Positions 11,449-24,089 of a stretch of 64,000 nucleotides of DNA are shown here, piece after piece; position 1 is the stretch's first letter; each line of letters begins with the position of its first letter. The position numbers and the translations under genes were made by a program. This DNA comes from Cenococcum geophilum (Eukaryota), in the NCBI GenBank assembly GCA_050273025.1, contig CP158635.1:7254001-7318000 (forward strand). The letters run 5' to 3'. The notes beneath the pieces were generated by a model that was not told the DNA's origin, searched no databases, and was given only the letters and a program-made list of their open reading frames with translations.

Positions 11449-13057
11449 CATCAGCAAAATGTTTGTGCCTCCTGACAGTACTGACAGCTCCTGACAGCTC
11501 CTGTCAGGGCTGTCAGGAGCTCCAGGAGACACTCACACTCGGCATCCTGTCAGGAACCTGTCAGGAGGTCGCTCGGACCACCAGGACTACCAGGACCTCC
11601 AGGACCATCAGGACCATCAGGACCATCAGGACAATAATAAAAATTCTAGATTTAAAAATAAGGTATATTAACACTCCAGTATTTACAGCTAGTCAAAAAA
11701 TACAAAATTAATTTAATTATATATAATCTAAATAATCCAAATCAATCTTTCCTGCCTACCGCCTGTGTCTGTCACGATCGCTCGGGCGTCGGGCGATCGA
11801 CTGAGGAGCCTCTTGCGGAGGCTCCAAATCGTCGATTGGCGGTGTTCCCAATAATCCGCCGGCCGTGTGCTGATTTCCTAACTAGTCCTAGTGCCTGTCC
11901 TGCCTGTCCTACCTGTCCTGCCTGTCCTGCCTGTCCTGCCTGTCCTGCCTGTCCTACCTGTCCTACCTGTTCGTGCCTACCTGTCTGTGCCTACCTGTCT
12001 GTGCCTATCTGTCTGTGCCTACCATCTGTGCCTGCCTGTCGTGCCTACCTGTCTATGCCTACCTACCTGTATCTATAATTCGGGGGAGAGGTCGGCCCGA
12101 TCGAAGGCTCTACTTAATTCGATTAATCGATTAATCGTATTAATTTAATTACGGTTAAGTGCATTAATTCAAATCATTCTCTATAGGCGTTCGCTAGCTA
12201 TACATTTAAACGGTAGTCGTCTAGGGTGCCTCCCTAGGAGGCCTTAATTCAATTTAATTTGGTAACGGGCTAATATTAAGGCTCTAGTTCGATTCGATCG
12301 ATCAATTAAATCAATCGTAGTGTTCGCTAGCTGGTCGTTCAAACGATTATCATCTGGCTCTAGCGACGGTCGTCTAGTTCTGGCGACGGTCTCTAGTTCT
12401 AGCCACCTACCTACCTGCCTGCCTGCCTATATCGGTATCTAATTCAATTTGGGGGAGGGGTCGGCTCGATCAAAGGCTCTAATTCAAATCGTTCTCTATG
12501 GCCGTTAGCTAGCTATACATTCAAACGGTGGTCGTCTGGGGTGCCTCCCTAGGAGGCCTTAATTCGATTCGGTGACGGGCCAATATCAAGGCTCTGGTTT
12601 AATTCGATCGATCAATTAAATCGTTCGTGGTATTCGCTGGCTGGTTGTTCAAAAGGTCGTCGTCTAGTTCTGGTAACGGTTGTCTGGCTCTAGGACGGTC
12701 ATCTGGTTCTGGCAACGGTCGTCTGGTTCTGGCGACGGTCGTCTGCTGGCCGCCGTTCTGGTGCCTCCCTAGGTAGGGAGGATGTAAGGAAGGGTAAATA
12801 AATAAGGTGGCTACATAGGGGTATACTTGACAAGGCGCGTGCAGGCTATCGGGAATATAGCGGGGACCCGATAGCACTGTGTGTAGGGTCCTGTTCAGGA
12901 ACGCATCAGGATGGTAGGGTCCTGTTCAGGAACGCATTAGGATAGTAGGGTCCTGTGAGTCCTGTCAGGAGCCTGTCAGGACGATCAGGACGATCAGGAC
13001 GGTCAAAATCCTGTCAGGAGGCCTCCAGGATCTTGGCACCCCAACAAAATGCTGATG
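11449..13057. mobile_element. 1.6-kb non-autonomous DNA element with CATCAGCA termini, subterminal CCTGACAG/CTGTCAGG repeats and TA duplication
   Basis: TA 11447-11448, CATCAGCAAAATGTT...AACAAAATGCTGATG, TA 13058-13059. The empty site GGGCTGTAAGCCTAAG is seen in the other LTR. Confidence 0.9.
11893..12072. repeat. (CCTGTCCTG/CCTA) micro/minisatellite
   Basis: 9-bp periodic repeat that degrades into CCTA/CTGT units. Confidence 0.9.
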
Positions 13058-13544
13058 TAGGCCTAAGTAAGGGTTAAAATAACCCTTATATTCCCCCCCC
13101 CTTTATTAGGGCTAGTCCCTAGCCTATATACCTAAATTAATTAATCTCTATATATAAAGAAAAGTAAGTAATATAGAAGCCTTACTTATATAGGGAAATA
13201 GGGAAAAAGACTAGCTAAGCAGCCTTAATAAAAACCTTAACCTATAGCTAAAACCTAGTGGGAAAAAAGGCCTATTTTAGGTAGAAAAAGAGCGTTTACT
13301 AATAGGGTAAGACTTAATCGTATATAATTAGTCTTGGAGATAATTGCCTATAATTAAGTCTTAATAGCTCTATAGCTAATAGCCGCAAGAATATTCCTTA
13401 TATCCCCCCCCCTTCTTATAGTTAGCCCCTACTATTACCTTATAGTAAAGGGAGATTATAAAGGGCTTGTCCCGGAAGGGTTTTAGAGAGATATTAGTAT
13501 TTAACCGTAATAGGATCTTATAAGCTAAGCTATAGCTTTTAGAG

Positions 13545-13728
13545 TGTCACAGTACGTGCGGACTGTCAAGGTACGATGTACGAGGTGACTGTATATGATT
13601 GACAAACGATGTCGTGTGAGGATCTATGTAGGAGGTGAGGCGGTATATATACGTGTCGCTCAGGGGTCAGGTCCGTGCTCATGCATACGCGTACACGAGC
13701 CATAACGCGTCAGGTCAGTGCCGTGACA
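13545..13728 (-). repeat. Solo LTR (184 bp), TSD TAGAG
   Basis: TGTCAC...GTGACA flanked by TAGAG at 13540-13544 and 13729-13733. Confidence 0.92.
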
Positions 13729-16699
13729 TAGAGTAAGTGAGTTATAGCTCTAAGACAAGCTATAGCTCTTAAGGTAAGCCGCAGCTTATAAGATTATATA
13801 GGATCTTAGAGTCAAAGCTCTTTTATATACCTTTAGCGTCATAATTACCTTCCCCTAGCTATATAATTAGTTTTTATAAAGAAGTAATAGCTAAATAGCT
13901 TATATACGTATATCTTTCCTTTTAAATTACATTATTATTATAGAGTAATATTGGCGGGTTTAAGCTATATCTTAAAAGATTACGTAGGATCTAAGAGCTA
14001 CTGCTATATCTTTTAGGTAAGCTATAGCTCTTAATATAAGCTAGAGCTTTTAGAGCAACTAAAGCCTTATAGAAAGAGAATCGCGTATAATTAATAAGCC
14101 GTAACTTTTAGACGAGCCGTAGCTCTAAAAGACAATCGCCTATAATTAGGTCTTAATAGCCCTTAGGCTGACAGCCGGAGAGTCTCTAGGTTAGGCCGTA
14201 GCCCTAAGGCGAGCTCTAGCTCTAAGGTGAGCCGTAGCTTTTAAGGTAAGCTATAGCTTATAAGATTATATAGGATTTTAAAGCCGAAGCTCTTAATATA
14301 AGCTAGAGCTCTTAGAGCAACTAAAGCCTTATAAAAAGATAATCGCGTATAATCTTTAAGCTATAGCTCTTAAGGTAAGCCGTAGCTTAATAAAAGACAA
14401 CTACCTATAGTTTAGTCTTAGAAGCCCTTAGGCTAACAGCTAAAGAGTCTCTAGGTTAGGCCGTAGCCCTTAAATAAGCTATAGCTCTAAGGCAAGCCGT
14501 AGCTCTAGGAGATAATTGCCTACGATTTAGCCTTAGTAGCTTTATAGCTAATAGCTAGAAAGTTTCCAGAATAAGCCCTAGCCTTTAAGCAATTATAAAC
14601 AATCTAAGAGCTGTAGCTCTTAAAGTAAGTAGTAGCTTATAAAACTACCTATAATCTTAAAGCCGAAGCTCTTTATATCTCTTTTAAGGACGTTTAACCT
14701 TCTAAGCTTTATTAGTAGGACCTCTATAGTAAGTAAACCGTAGTTGGCCTAGAGAGTATTACTAATTTCCTCTAGGAGGTAATCGCGTCTAATCTAGTCT
14801 TCCTTCTCTAATCTGTATTCTACAACCATTATTAGCGGACGCGATCCTAAATATCTGCTAGTATACTTACTTATTATAGTAAACTAATTAGCCTAGGTAA
14901 AAGAGAAAGTATTAAATTTTCCTTTTTTTCTCCTAATTTATATTTACTAACCATAATATACAGATGCAATTTACTAGGCGTCTGCTAGTATAGCTGCTCT
15001 ATAGTATACGCGATTGTTTTAGGTAAGGTAGAGAACCTAATCTATATTTTAATAAACCTTTATATACGGATGTAATCTATTAGGCGTCTACTAGTGTACC
15101 TACTATATTATAGTAAATGTAATTATCTTAGGTAAAAACAGAGAATTTTAAAATTACTTAAGGGCGAAGCCCTTAGCTTACTATAGGCTACTACCCGTAA
15201 GGGTATAGGATCGGTTTAAATATAAAATATATTACTAGGGTATATAGTAGAAAGTAGGTAAGCCGAGTATAAGTTATAAGGAGAGTTGATAGAAGAGGAC
15301 GATATAGTAAAGAGTATAGTAATAGCCTTGTATGGAGACAAACTAATAAGAAGAGAAAGGGCTGTAAGCCTAAGGTGCTTATAAGGAGGTACTAAGCCTA
15401 GCCTTCGGCTAGGCCTTAGCTACCCCTAAGTGGCCCTTAGGCGATGCACCCAAGTAAGGGTTAAAATAACCCTTATACTAAGGCGTTAAAGTATATCTTT
15501 AATACTAAGTGGGCCAAGTTCCTAAATTATATTATAACGCCTATAAATATAGTTATAGACCTAGTACAGGTATAGATAATTTAAGAGTAGCTAGAGTTAG
15601 AGAATTATTAGAATATTTAAGTGTCTCTAGGCTTTTCTAATTTCTATAGGCGCTTTATTTATAACTACTTAGATATTACCTAGTACCTATCTAACTATAT
15701 TATAAAAGCCTTTTAAGATCTAGCCTAGTAAGTAAAAAGCTTAAAAGTAAAGAGGAAGAAAACTAAAAAGGGATTAACTAAATAGTATAGACTATAGATA
15801 TGGCCTGGAAATGTTTAAAAGGCCTTTTAGAAACTATATATAAAGTTTATAAAAGCTCTATTACTATAATATTTTAGCCTAAATTAGCTATTAATAATAT
15901 TTACTAATATATTAAATTTTACCCCTATTAGTACCCTATTATAACCTAATATAAATCTAAATACTACCTAGCTCTACTAAAGACTAGTGGTATTTTATAA
16001 TAGAAAATTTTAGAGGCCTAAAGTTAAGTATTATACCTTTAATAAGAAACTATTAGCTACAGTTAATTGTTTTAAATAATGGCGATAGTATCTCAAGTAC
16101 GCGAGCTATACTACTTATATACTCTTAAATTATTATAATTAATACTACTTTATAACTATAAAGGAGCTTATATATTAATAGGCTAAATAGGTAAAAAAGC
16201 TTATGCGATTAAATTTTAAGATTAAATATAAACTAAGGGGAAATGACCCTATTAATAGACCGTTATAATGGTTAGACTATACTAAAGGCTCTAAAACAGG
16301 AGAAGGAAAACAGATAATAAATATCTTACTCCCTATATTATAGAATAAGCTTTAGGAATAGAATACTTAAGTATTTCATTAGGATTTTTTTGGGCGGCCG
16401 AAAATTAGGGTCTGCAAAACCTGCGTAAGTCGCGATTCTGGCGATTTGCGGCGACTTGCGGCGACTTGCGGCGATTTACTACAGCTTGTAACTCGCGTAA
16501 AGCCGAACGTCTTACCCCACTAAAACGATACAGCTATATACACAACTAGCTTCTCCTACTCTCCTCCCCTTATATAATTTATAAGAAGTTAAAATTTATT
16601 CTTATAATAAAAGCTTACCTTATAGTTACTATAATCTACTATAGTTAGCCGCTATAACTAGCTACTATAACTAATAAATAGGAAGTATAACCGTAGGGG

Positions 16700-17590
16700 T
16701 AGGCTAGTAGACCTCTCTTATTAAATACAAAATTGCCGTATATTACCAGGCACACTACCTAGTTCTTTAAGTGGTAAGTTAGTATACTTCTATTATTAAG
16801 TATAAAATTGCCGTATATTGCCTAGTATATTACCCAGTTCCTTAAGCGGCAAATTACTATACTTTAGTTATTAGGTATAAAATTACTATATATTACCTAG
16901 CATATTACCTAGTTCCTTAAGCCGTAAGCTAATAGACTTTTATTACTAAATATAAAACTGCTGTATATTACCTAGTATATTACCTAGTTCTTTAAGCGGT
17001 AAGCTAGTAAACTTCTATTACTAAGCATAAAGTTACTGTATATTGCTAAGTATATTACCTAATTCTCCAAATTATAAGCTGGCAGGCGTTGCCTATTAGT
17101 AAAGTATTCTAATATATTAGCTTATATATTACCCTATTCCTATATTATAAGCTAGTAGACTTATTAATAGAGCACCACAATATATTGCCTAGCGTATTAC
17201 TTAGGTCCTTAAATAGCAAACTAGTAGTTATCGCTTATTAATAAAGTACTATAATATATCCAGTCGCTTATTGCCTAATTCCTTAAATAGTAAGATAGTA
17301 AGCTTCTTTTACTAATAAAAGAATTGCGGTATATTACTAATATATCGCCCTATTTTATAAAAAATAACTTAATATACCTTTTATTAACCGTAAGACTACA
17401 GTATATTGCTAAGAAATATTACTTACTTTACTAGAAAAAAACCCCTAGTATATGCCTTCTATTAGCCATAAGACTGCGGTATATTGCCTATTATATTGCC
17501 TAATTCTTAAAACAATAGCTGGTATACTTCTTCTACTAAATAAGACTTTGCGGTAAATTGCTTAGCACACCGCCTAATTTTACGCTAAAA
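16700..17590. repeat. 75-bp tandem array, copy 1 (~12 units, degenerating rightward)
   Basis: AATTGCCGTATATT-like anchor at 16731, 16806, 16881, 16956 and 17031. Confidence 0.92.
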
Positions 17591-20500
17591 TATTAAAAAT
17601 ACCTCGCTAGAGCACTTCCATTAGCTACTCCTTTAAACTCCTCAGCTTATTTATATTAACGTCTAGTATCTTATCTACAGCGGTCTTTTTAAACTTATTG
17701 TTACGGACGCTTTAAGTACGATGTTACGACTACTAGGAGAGGAGTTGGAAGAAGCTAGTTGGTTAATTTAGGTACGGTTTAGGATAGAGCTAATAGAGCT
17801 ATATAATGAGGAATGGTAACTAAGGTCACGTGGGGTGATCTATATAATCTGTGGGATCTATATAATCTATAATAGAGTAGATAGAGCATACGTATATTAC
17901 GTATAAGAAGGATTTTATAGGAGTACGGTTGTGTATTTAAGGACCCTTAGTCCCTACCTAGATAGTTCCTTCCTTGTAGTAATTCTTAGAATATAATTAG
18001 AGTTAATTTATTAGGTAACCACTCCACTAGTTGTTATTACATTGTTAACTTTTATACTTGCATTTCCTATATACCTAGCCTATTAATGAGCCCACCGTAG
18101 TTCTTGCTATAAGGTTCCGTTATATAATTACTACTATGGTTATGGTATTAATATAAGAAGTCGAATAACATGCCACTAAAAGCAGCTACTACGACGCTAT
18201 TAATGATAGCAACTACTTTAAGATTAGGTAACGACACCAGTATGGCAGACACTGACTTATAGTAACCTGTAACGGTTGGATAACTATAAAAGATAGTTAA
18301 CCAGTTAATAGAAAATAATGTAGCGTTAGAAAATAGGATTAACGGGATAGGCGCAGTAAAGGTTAAGTTACTATTGATTAAAAGGTACTTAGAAGAGAGA
18401 TTAAAGCTTAAAGAATTCCTTACGTAAATGCACTTTAAGGTTATGTAAGAGGGAGCTAAGCTAGCAACACCTATGGATCAAATAGTATACGCAGGATTGT
18501 TCTTAATAGGAAGGGCACTTAAATAGTTTAAGCCTTACCTTACAGAGATACAAGCGAACGGCATAACAACTACTAACTAAGAGGTACGGTTTATATTCTT
18601 AAGCTAGAATGGATTTATAGAGCGACTTATATAGATATTTAGAGACCTAGAGGCAGTAACTATGGCGGAAAGAAAACTCTAAGACATTATATAACGGACC
18701 TTAGTAATTAAGTATATAACGTAGTTCCAGACGTTAGTAATATAAGTAGAGTGGAATAATAGGGCGCTTATAGTATAGTATAAATAGGGACTTAAGGCTA
18801 AAGTCTAGGACGCGATTATCTTAATAGAAGATACGGATACCCTAAGGGAACTAATAGATTAGGTAATTAAGATTAATAATTAGATCTACTAAAGGGAATA
18901 GGCTAAGAAGAGCTAGGATAGAGTTTTATAGTTATATAAGGCGCAGAGTACGCAACAACAAAAACTAAGTTAAAAACTATAGTATAGCGCAGAGCTAATA
19001 GACCTAAGTGGTACTAAAGAAGCCTATAAGAGATGGAGTAAAAAACTATAGAAACCCAGAGGATAAGAATTAAGTAATTAAGGGTCTAGGGAGCAGAGGC
19101 TAAATTAGGGATCTTAGTAGCAGAAGATGTTTAGGCGGACTCCATAGCAAGAAAAATAGTTTAAAGAAGGAGCTTATATAAATTGCAGAAAACAGGGTTA
19201 TTATATTAGAGACTATAGAAGTAGGTAGAGTTACTATATAGTAAAAGGCATAAGACTAGTAGACAATATATACGTATAGAGGGATAATAATATACTACAA
19301 GGAACAAAAGAATGTTTAATTAGAAGTTTTGCGTTTTGTTATAATAACGTATACCGAATTTATAGGGATGCTAAGTATGGCGTAAGCTATTAGCTATAGG
19401 AGCTAGCACCTATAGGATATAGAGGAACTAATAAACTAGCTCGCAGATTGGATATTAAGGACGATAATTTTGATATAGGCGAAGCATTTTGTAACGATAA
19501 GGTAATAAAGGCAGCTTACTAGGAGCATATAAACCTAAGAGATATTATAATAGAAGTAGAGGATAATTCCACTATAGAATAGGGAATATTAGTAGGGATT
19601 AAAACCCCACTAGATACAATGTTTATCGCTTTATAAGATATAAGAGAAGTAGGATAGTAAATCACTTCGGCACTTAATAAAGGCAAAAGGCCATAGACTT
19701 AAGATTCTTATAGTAAGATAAGAGACGACCAAGATTCTTAAGATAAGATGAGGTAAGCTTAAGGACCTATAATGGACGATAACCAATAGAGCAGAGTAAT
19801 GGCTTAGTTTAGTAATATATAAATAAGCTTAGGACGAAGTTTCCTAAAGGTATAAGACTCTTAAGATAAGATAAGTGAGATTTAAGACTCTTAAGACGAG
19901 ATAAGAATACTAAGTAAGCCTAGTTAAACTAAGGCAGGAGCTAAGCTTAAGTTAGAAGCAAGCTCAGGATTAAAGAATTTAAGGGATTAAGAATTTGGAG
20001 TATAAATTAGGACACCTATAAGTAAGAGGCAAGGAGCTTCTTTATAGATTAGAGAATCTATAGTATAAACAACAATTAGACTAGGAGACAAATATATAAA
20101 CTTAGAAGACTTACTAGTAGAACACAGTATTTAGACTAAAGATTAAAAAGTTAATACTAAGATTAAGAAGTATAAAGACTTTAAGGATTAGAGCGCGAGA
20201 TATAAACTAAAAGAAACTATAGAAGAATTTAGACAGAGAATTATCGCATAGTAAGAACAGAAACTAGATAAGAGATCTAGCATATTAGGACGTATAAAGG
20301 ATAGAGCGCTAGTATAAAGAATTACTAATAGGCTAAGAGCAGGCACACTAAGAGCTAAGTAGCTTGCTAAACTAAAAGATAAAGAGAATCTAGGGATCCC
20401 TACTAGGTTTAAAGAACGATATATAAAGAGCTGTTATAATATAGTAATAAGAAGATACTTCCTTATAGATAAGCCGTATATACTCCAGTAGCTATACTAA

Positions 20501-23500
20501 AAGTGGTATAGGTAAAGGCATAATAATAAGTAGGAAGATTTCTATATATAGTTGGATAAATAAGTTATCTAGGACTACCTAATTATAGAAAAGGCTATAA
20601 CGCATATTAAAGGAGTCTTAATTATAACATTAAAGGATCTAGAGGAACGATTAGAGGACTAAAGAAGTAAAAGACGTATCTTAGTACCTACAAACGAAGT
20701 TATAACGTTTAGATTAGCACGATAAAGGTTTAAACTTAAGAACGAAGACGAGTTAAGAGTTAACCCAAAGCACCTAGTATACTACACGTTATTATAGATC
20801 GCGTGCGTAGATAATATATATAAAATGCATAAGAATCTAAAGGAAAAAAATTGGAAATACTTTATAAGGATATACTAGATAATAGACGAGTAATAGTATA
20901 GGAATGCCAAATATATATATAGATGGCATCCAGCAGAGGTCTAAGAGGAAGGAAGTTTAGTACTTTAACTAGGAAGATTTCTTACGGAAGAATGCTTAGA
21001 CGGATAATAGTAGTAGGAATGCCTAAAAAATATATGTCTATAATATATTAAAGATAAAAAGCGAACTAGGTATTGGCTAAAGAGTGAGCTAAGTATATAA
21101 GGATTAAGCAGCTAATAGTTAGGAAAAGTAGAGGCCTATAGGACTAAAGGGAGCTAGTAGTAGAGCCTTAGACCCTTAAAGGAATTTAAGGATAATACCT
21201 AAATTTACAAGTTAAATAGTAAGATTAGTAGTTCGAAGTATTAATAGATAGTAGAATAATAAGGAACTATATCTTACTAGCAGTAGTTAAGAGAATGGGA
21301 TTACCTTATAGGCAAAAGGAGGAACCTTATTTATTAGTAACGATTTTAGGAGATCTAATAGCTTATAGAGGAGGCATTATTAATCTTAAAATAGGACCTA
21401 TTTAGATAACTATTAAAGGGAGACAAATTAAAATGTCTTTTAATATCCTACTATTGGGATAGGATAAGGCAGTATTAGGGATGCCTTAGTTATAGGAATA
21501 TAATCTAAAGATTAATTAGATTACAGGTTAGGTTGATATTAAAGATACTTAATAACATAAGATGCGATAATAAGCTAAGTTAGTATAGTACTAAGTCAGA
21601 GTAATATACGAAGAGACTAAGTAAGGCTTAAGTTATGTACTAAAGAGATACTATAAGTACGGTAAGAAACTATAGTTACTAGAAAGTAAAAAGCTGTTAG
21701 AGTATATAGTATGGGATTATAAGATAGAGTTAGAACTAGGAATAAGTCTAAAGTTCTTTCCAATCTATAAGCTTACTGAAGAAAAAGGTAGAGTATTAAA
21801 AGAGTTTATTTAGGAAAACTTATAAAAGGGATATATTAGACTATTATAGTTATTAGTAGGTTATCTAGTACTATTTATACTAAAGAAGAATGGTAAACTA
21901 AGGCTATATATCGACTATAGACAGTTAAACAGCATCACTAAGAAGGATAGGTATCCTTTACCCTTAATTAGCGAGATTTAAGATAGGATAGGTAACGCGT
22001 AAATCTTTACGAAGATAGATTTAAGATAGGCGTACTATTAGATTAGAATTAAGGAAGGCGACAAATAAAAAGCAGCCTTTAGATTAAAGGAAGGACTGTA
22101 TAAACTATTAGTTATATAATTTAGGCTTATAAACGTACTAGCAATATTCTAGAAGCGTATTAACAATGTATTAGGAGAATACTTAGATGAATTTGTTATA
22201 GTATACCTTAATAATATTATTATCTACTTAATAACTAAGGAAGAACACAGGGAACACGTTAAATGGGTTTTAAAGAGACTATAAGAAGAATAGATGCTAG
22301 TAGCAATTAAAAAATACAAGTTCTTTATAAGGAAGACCAATTTTATTAGATTTATTATTAAACTAGGCCAACTTAGTATAGATCTAAAGAAGATTAAGGC
22401 TATAGTAAATTGGCAAGAACTAGAAAACGTTACGCAGTTAAGATTATTTCTAGGGTTTTGTAATTACTACAGAAGGTTTATAGCGTAGTAGTTAAAGGAT
22501 ATTAAACTATTTACGCAATTAATAAAGAAAGAAGAACTATAGGCATAGGGAGAGGAATAAAGAGAACTCTTTAAGAAAGTTAAAGAGTTGTTTACCTAGG
22601 AGCCAGTTCTTAAGATCTACTAATTAGGACTAGAAACGGTTATAGAGACGGATGTATTAGACTATATACTAGGGGCATACTTTATATAAAAATATTAAGA
22701 TGGATAGTACCTAGTAGCATATTATAGTTGAAAAATAATACTACTAGAGTTAAACTATAACATCTATAATAAGGAGTTATTAGGTATAGTTACAGCACTA
22801 AAGAAATAGAAAGCATTTTTGTAAGGTATAGAGAAACTATTTATAGTTAAGATGGACTATAAGAACCTAATAGGATTCTTAATAATAAAGGAACTTAACT
22901 AAAGATAGGTTAGATAGGCAGAGATGCTTACAGAATACTATTTTAAAATTTAGTATACTAAGGGCACAGATAATACGAGAGTAGATGCTATAAGTTATAA
23001 GGCTAAACTATAAAATAACGAGAAGCCATTAGGGGCTTTACTGCGAAAAGATATAGATGGATTAATTAGGTATAATTATCCGAAAATTGCAGTAACTTAG
23101 GAAAACAACGAGTTAGAAAGAGTCTACGAGACACTAGAAAGCTTTTAGGTATAAAGAATTCTAGAAGTATAGCTAGAGGATCTATAGATGGATATATATA
23201 AAAACTAAAAAGCGAAGTATATCCTAAGAAGCATAGCAGAGTAATTTATGGAAGAATTCTATAAGGGATTAACTTAAGGACATAATGGAGCTATAGGCTT
23301 AGTGTTAAGACTCTAAGAGGAGTATATTATTAATAGAATCTAGAAAATAGCTAGGAAGGTTATAAAGGAGTGTCTAAATTACTAAAGGAATAAACTAATA
23401 AGGCATAAGCTATATAGAGGGCTATAACCTATTAAAATACTAAAGAGACTATAGGAGGTTATATTATGGGACTTTATTATTAAGTTGCTAAAGTTAAGAG

Positions 23501-24089
23501 ATCCTATTACCAGATAAGATTATAACGTAATCTTAGTAATAGTAGATAAGCTTATAAAGTGGGGATACTTTATAGCATATATAGAAGAAATCTTAGCGGA
23601 AGATGTCGCTAGAATCTATGTTAAAGAAGTGTTTATAAGATATGGAGTACTAAGTAAAATTATATCAGATAAAGATCTAAGATTTATAGTAGTATTTTAG
23701 GAAGTATTTTTAGCGGAGTAAGGAGTTCGAGTAGCAACTTCCACCGTATATTATCCGCAGATAGACGGTTAAATAGAAAGATTAAATTAGACGCTAGAGC
23801 AGTATCTAAGGCACTATATTAATTACGCATAGAATAATTAGGTATCGCTATTACTAATTATATAGTTTGCATATAATATAACACCTTAAGAAGGAATAGG
23901 TATATTACTATTTAAGGCAAATTACGGATATAAGCTAAGAATATTATTATTACTACGGCAAGCAAAGAAAATAAGTAGCACAGCTAAAGAAAGAATAAAG
24001 ACGTTGATAAATCTTTATATAAACCTTATAGAATTAATAAAGAAAGTATAAGAGAGAATAAAAAAGTACTATAATACTAGGAGATCTAA

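Larger units (their letters stand above)
11303..15477 (-). mobile_element. Non-autonomous LTR element (LARD/TRIM-like); LTRs 15221-15477 and 11303-13089; 5-bp TSD CTAAG
   Basis: CTAAG at 11298-11302 and 15478-15482. LTRs are near-identical apart from an insertion and a deletion in the left one. A C-run at ~13092 is a minus-strand PPT. No RT/INT motifs inside. Confidence 0.88.
8903..16376 (+). mobile_element. pol: Ty3/Gypsy internal fragment (gag end, protease, RT, RNase H), truncated at both ends and interrupted at 11303-15482
   Basis: Protease (D)SGA(E)INLI at ~9850. RT motifs RL(CV)DY(RG)LNKI.IKN.Y, K.F.KLDL.D.Y, YLD(D)ILI at ~11200. The frame rejoins as LYAK/A(S)K(C) across the insertion. 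RNase H Y...(D)K(E)LLA.V at ~16040. Confidence 0.92.

Noticed and set aside
11463..12148. ORF-track peptides RTIRTI, PACPAC, PVLPVL
   Set aside because: Translations of microsatellites and subterminal repeats.
16700..17590. CRISPR-like array (also 363-690, 2796-3137)
   Set aside because: Units are wholly repeated with no unique spacers, there are no cas genes, and the context is fungal.
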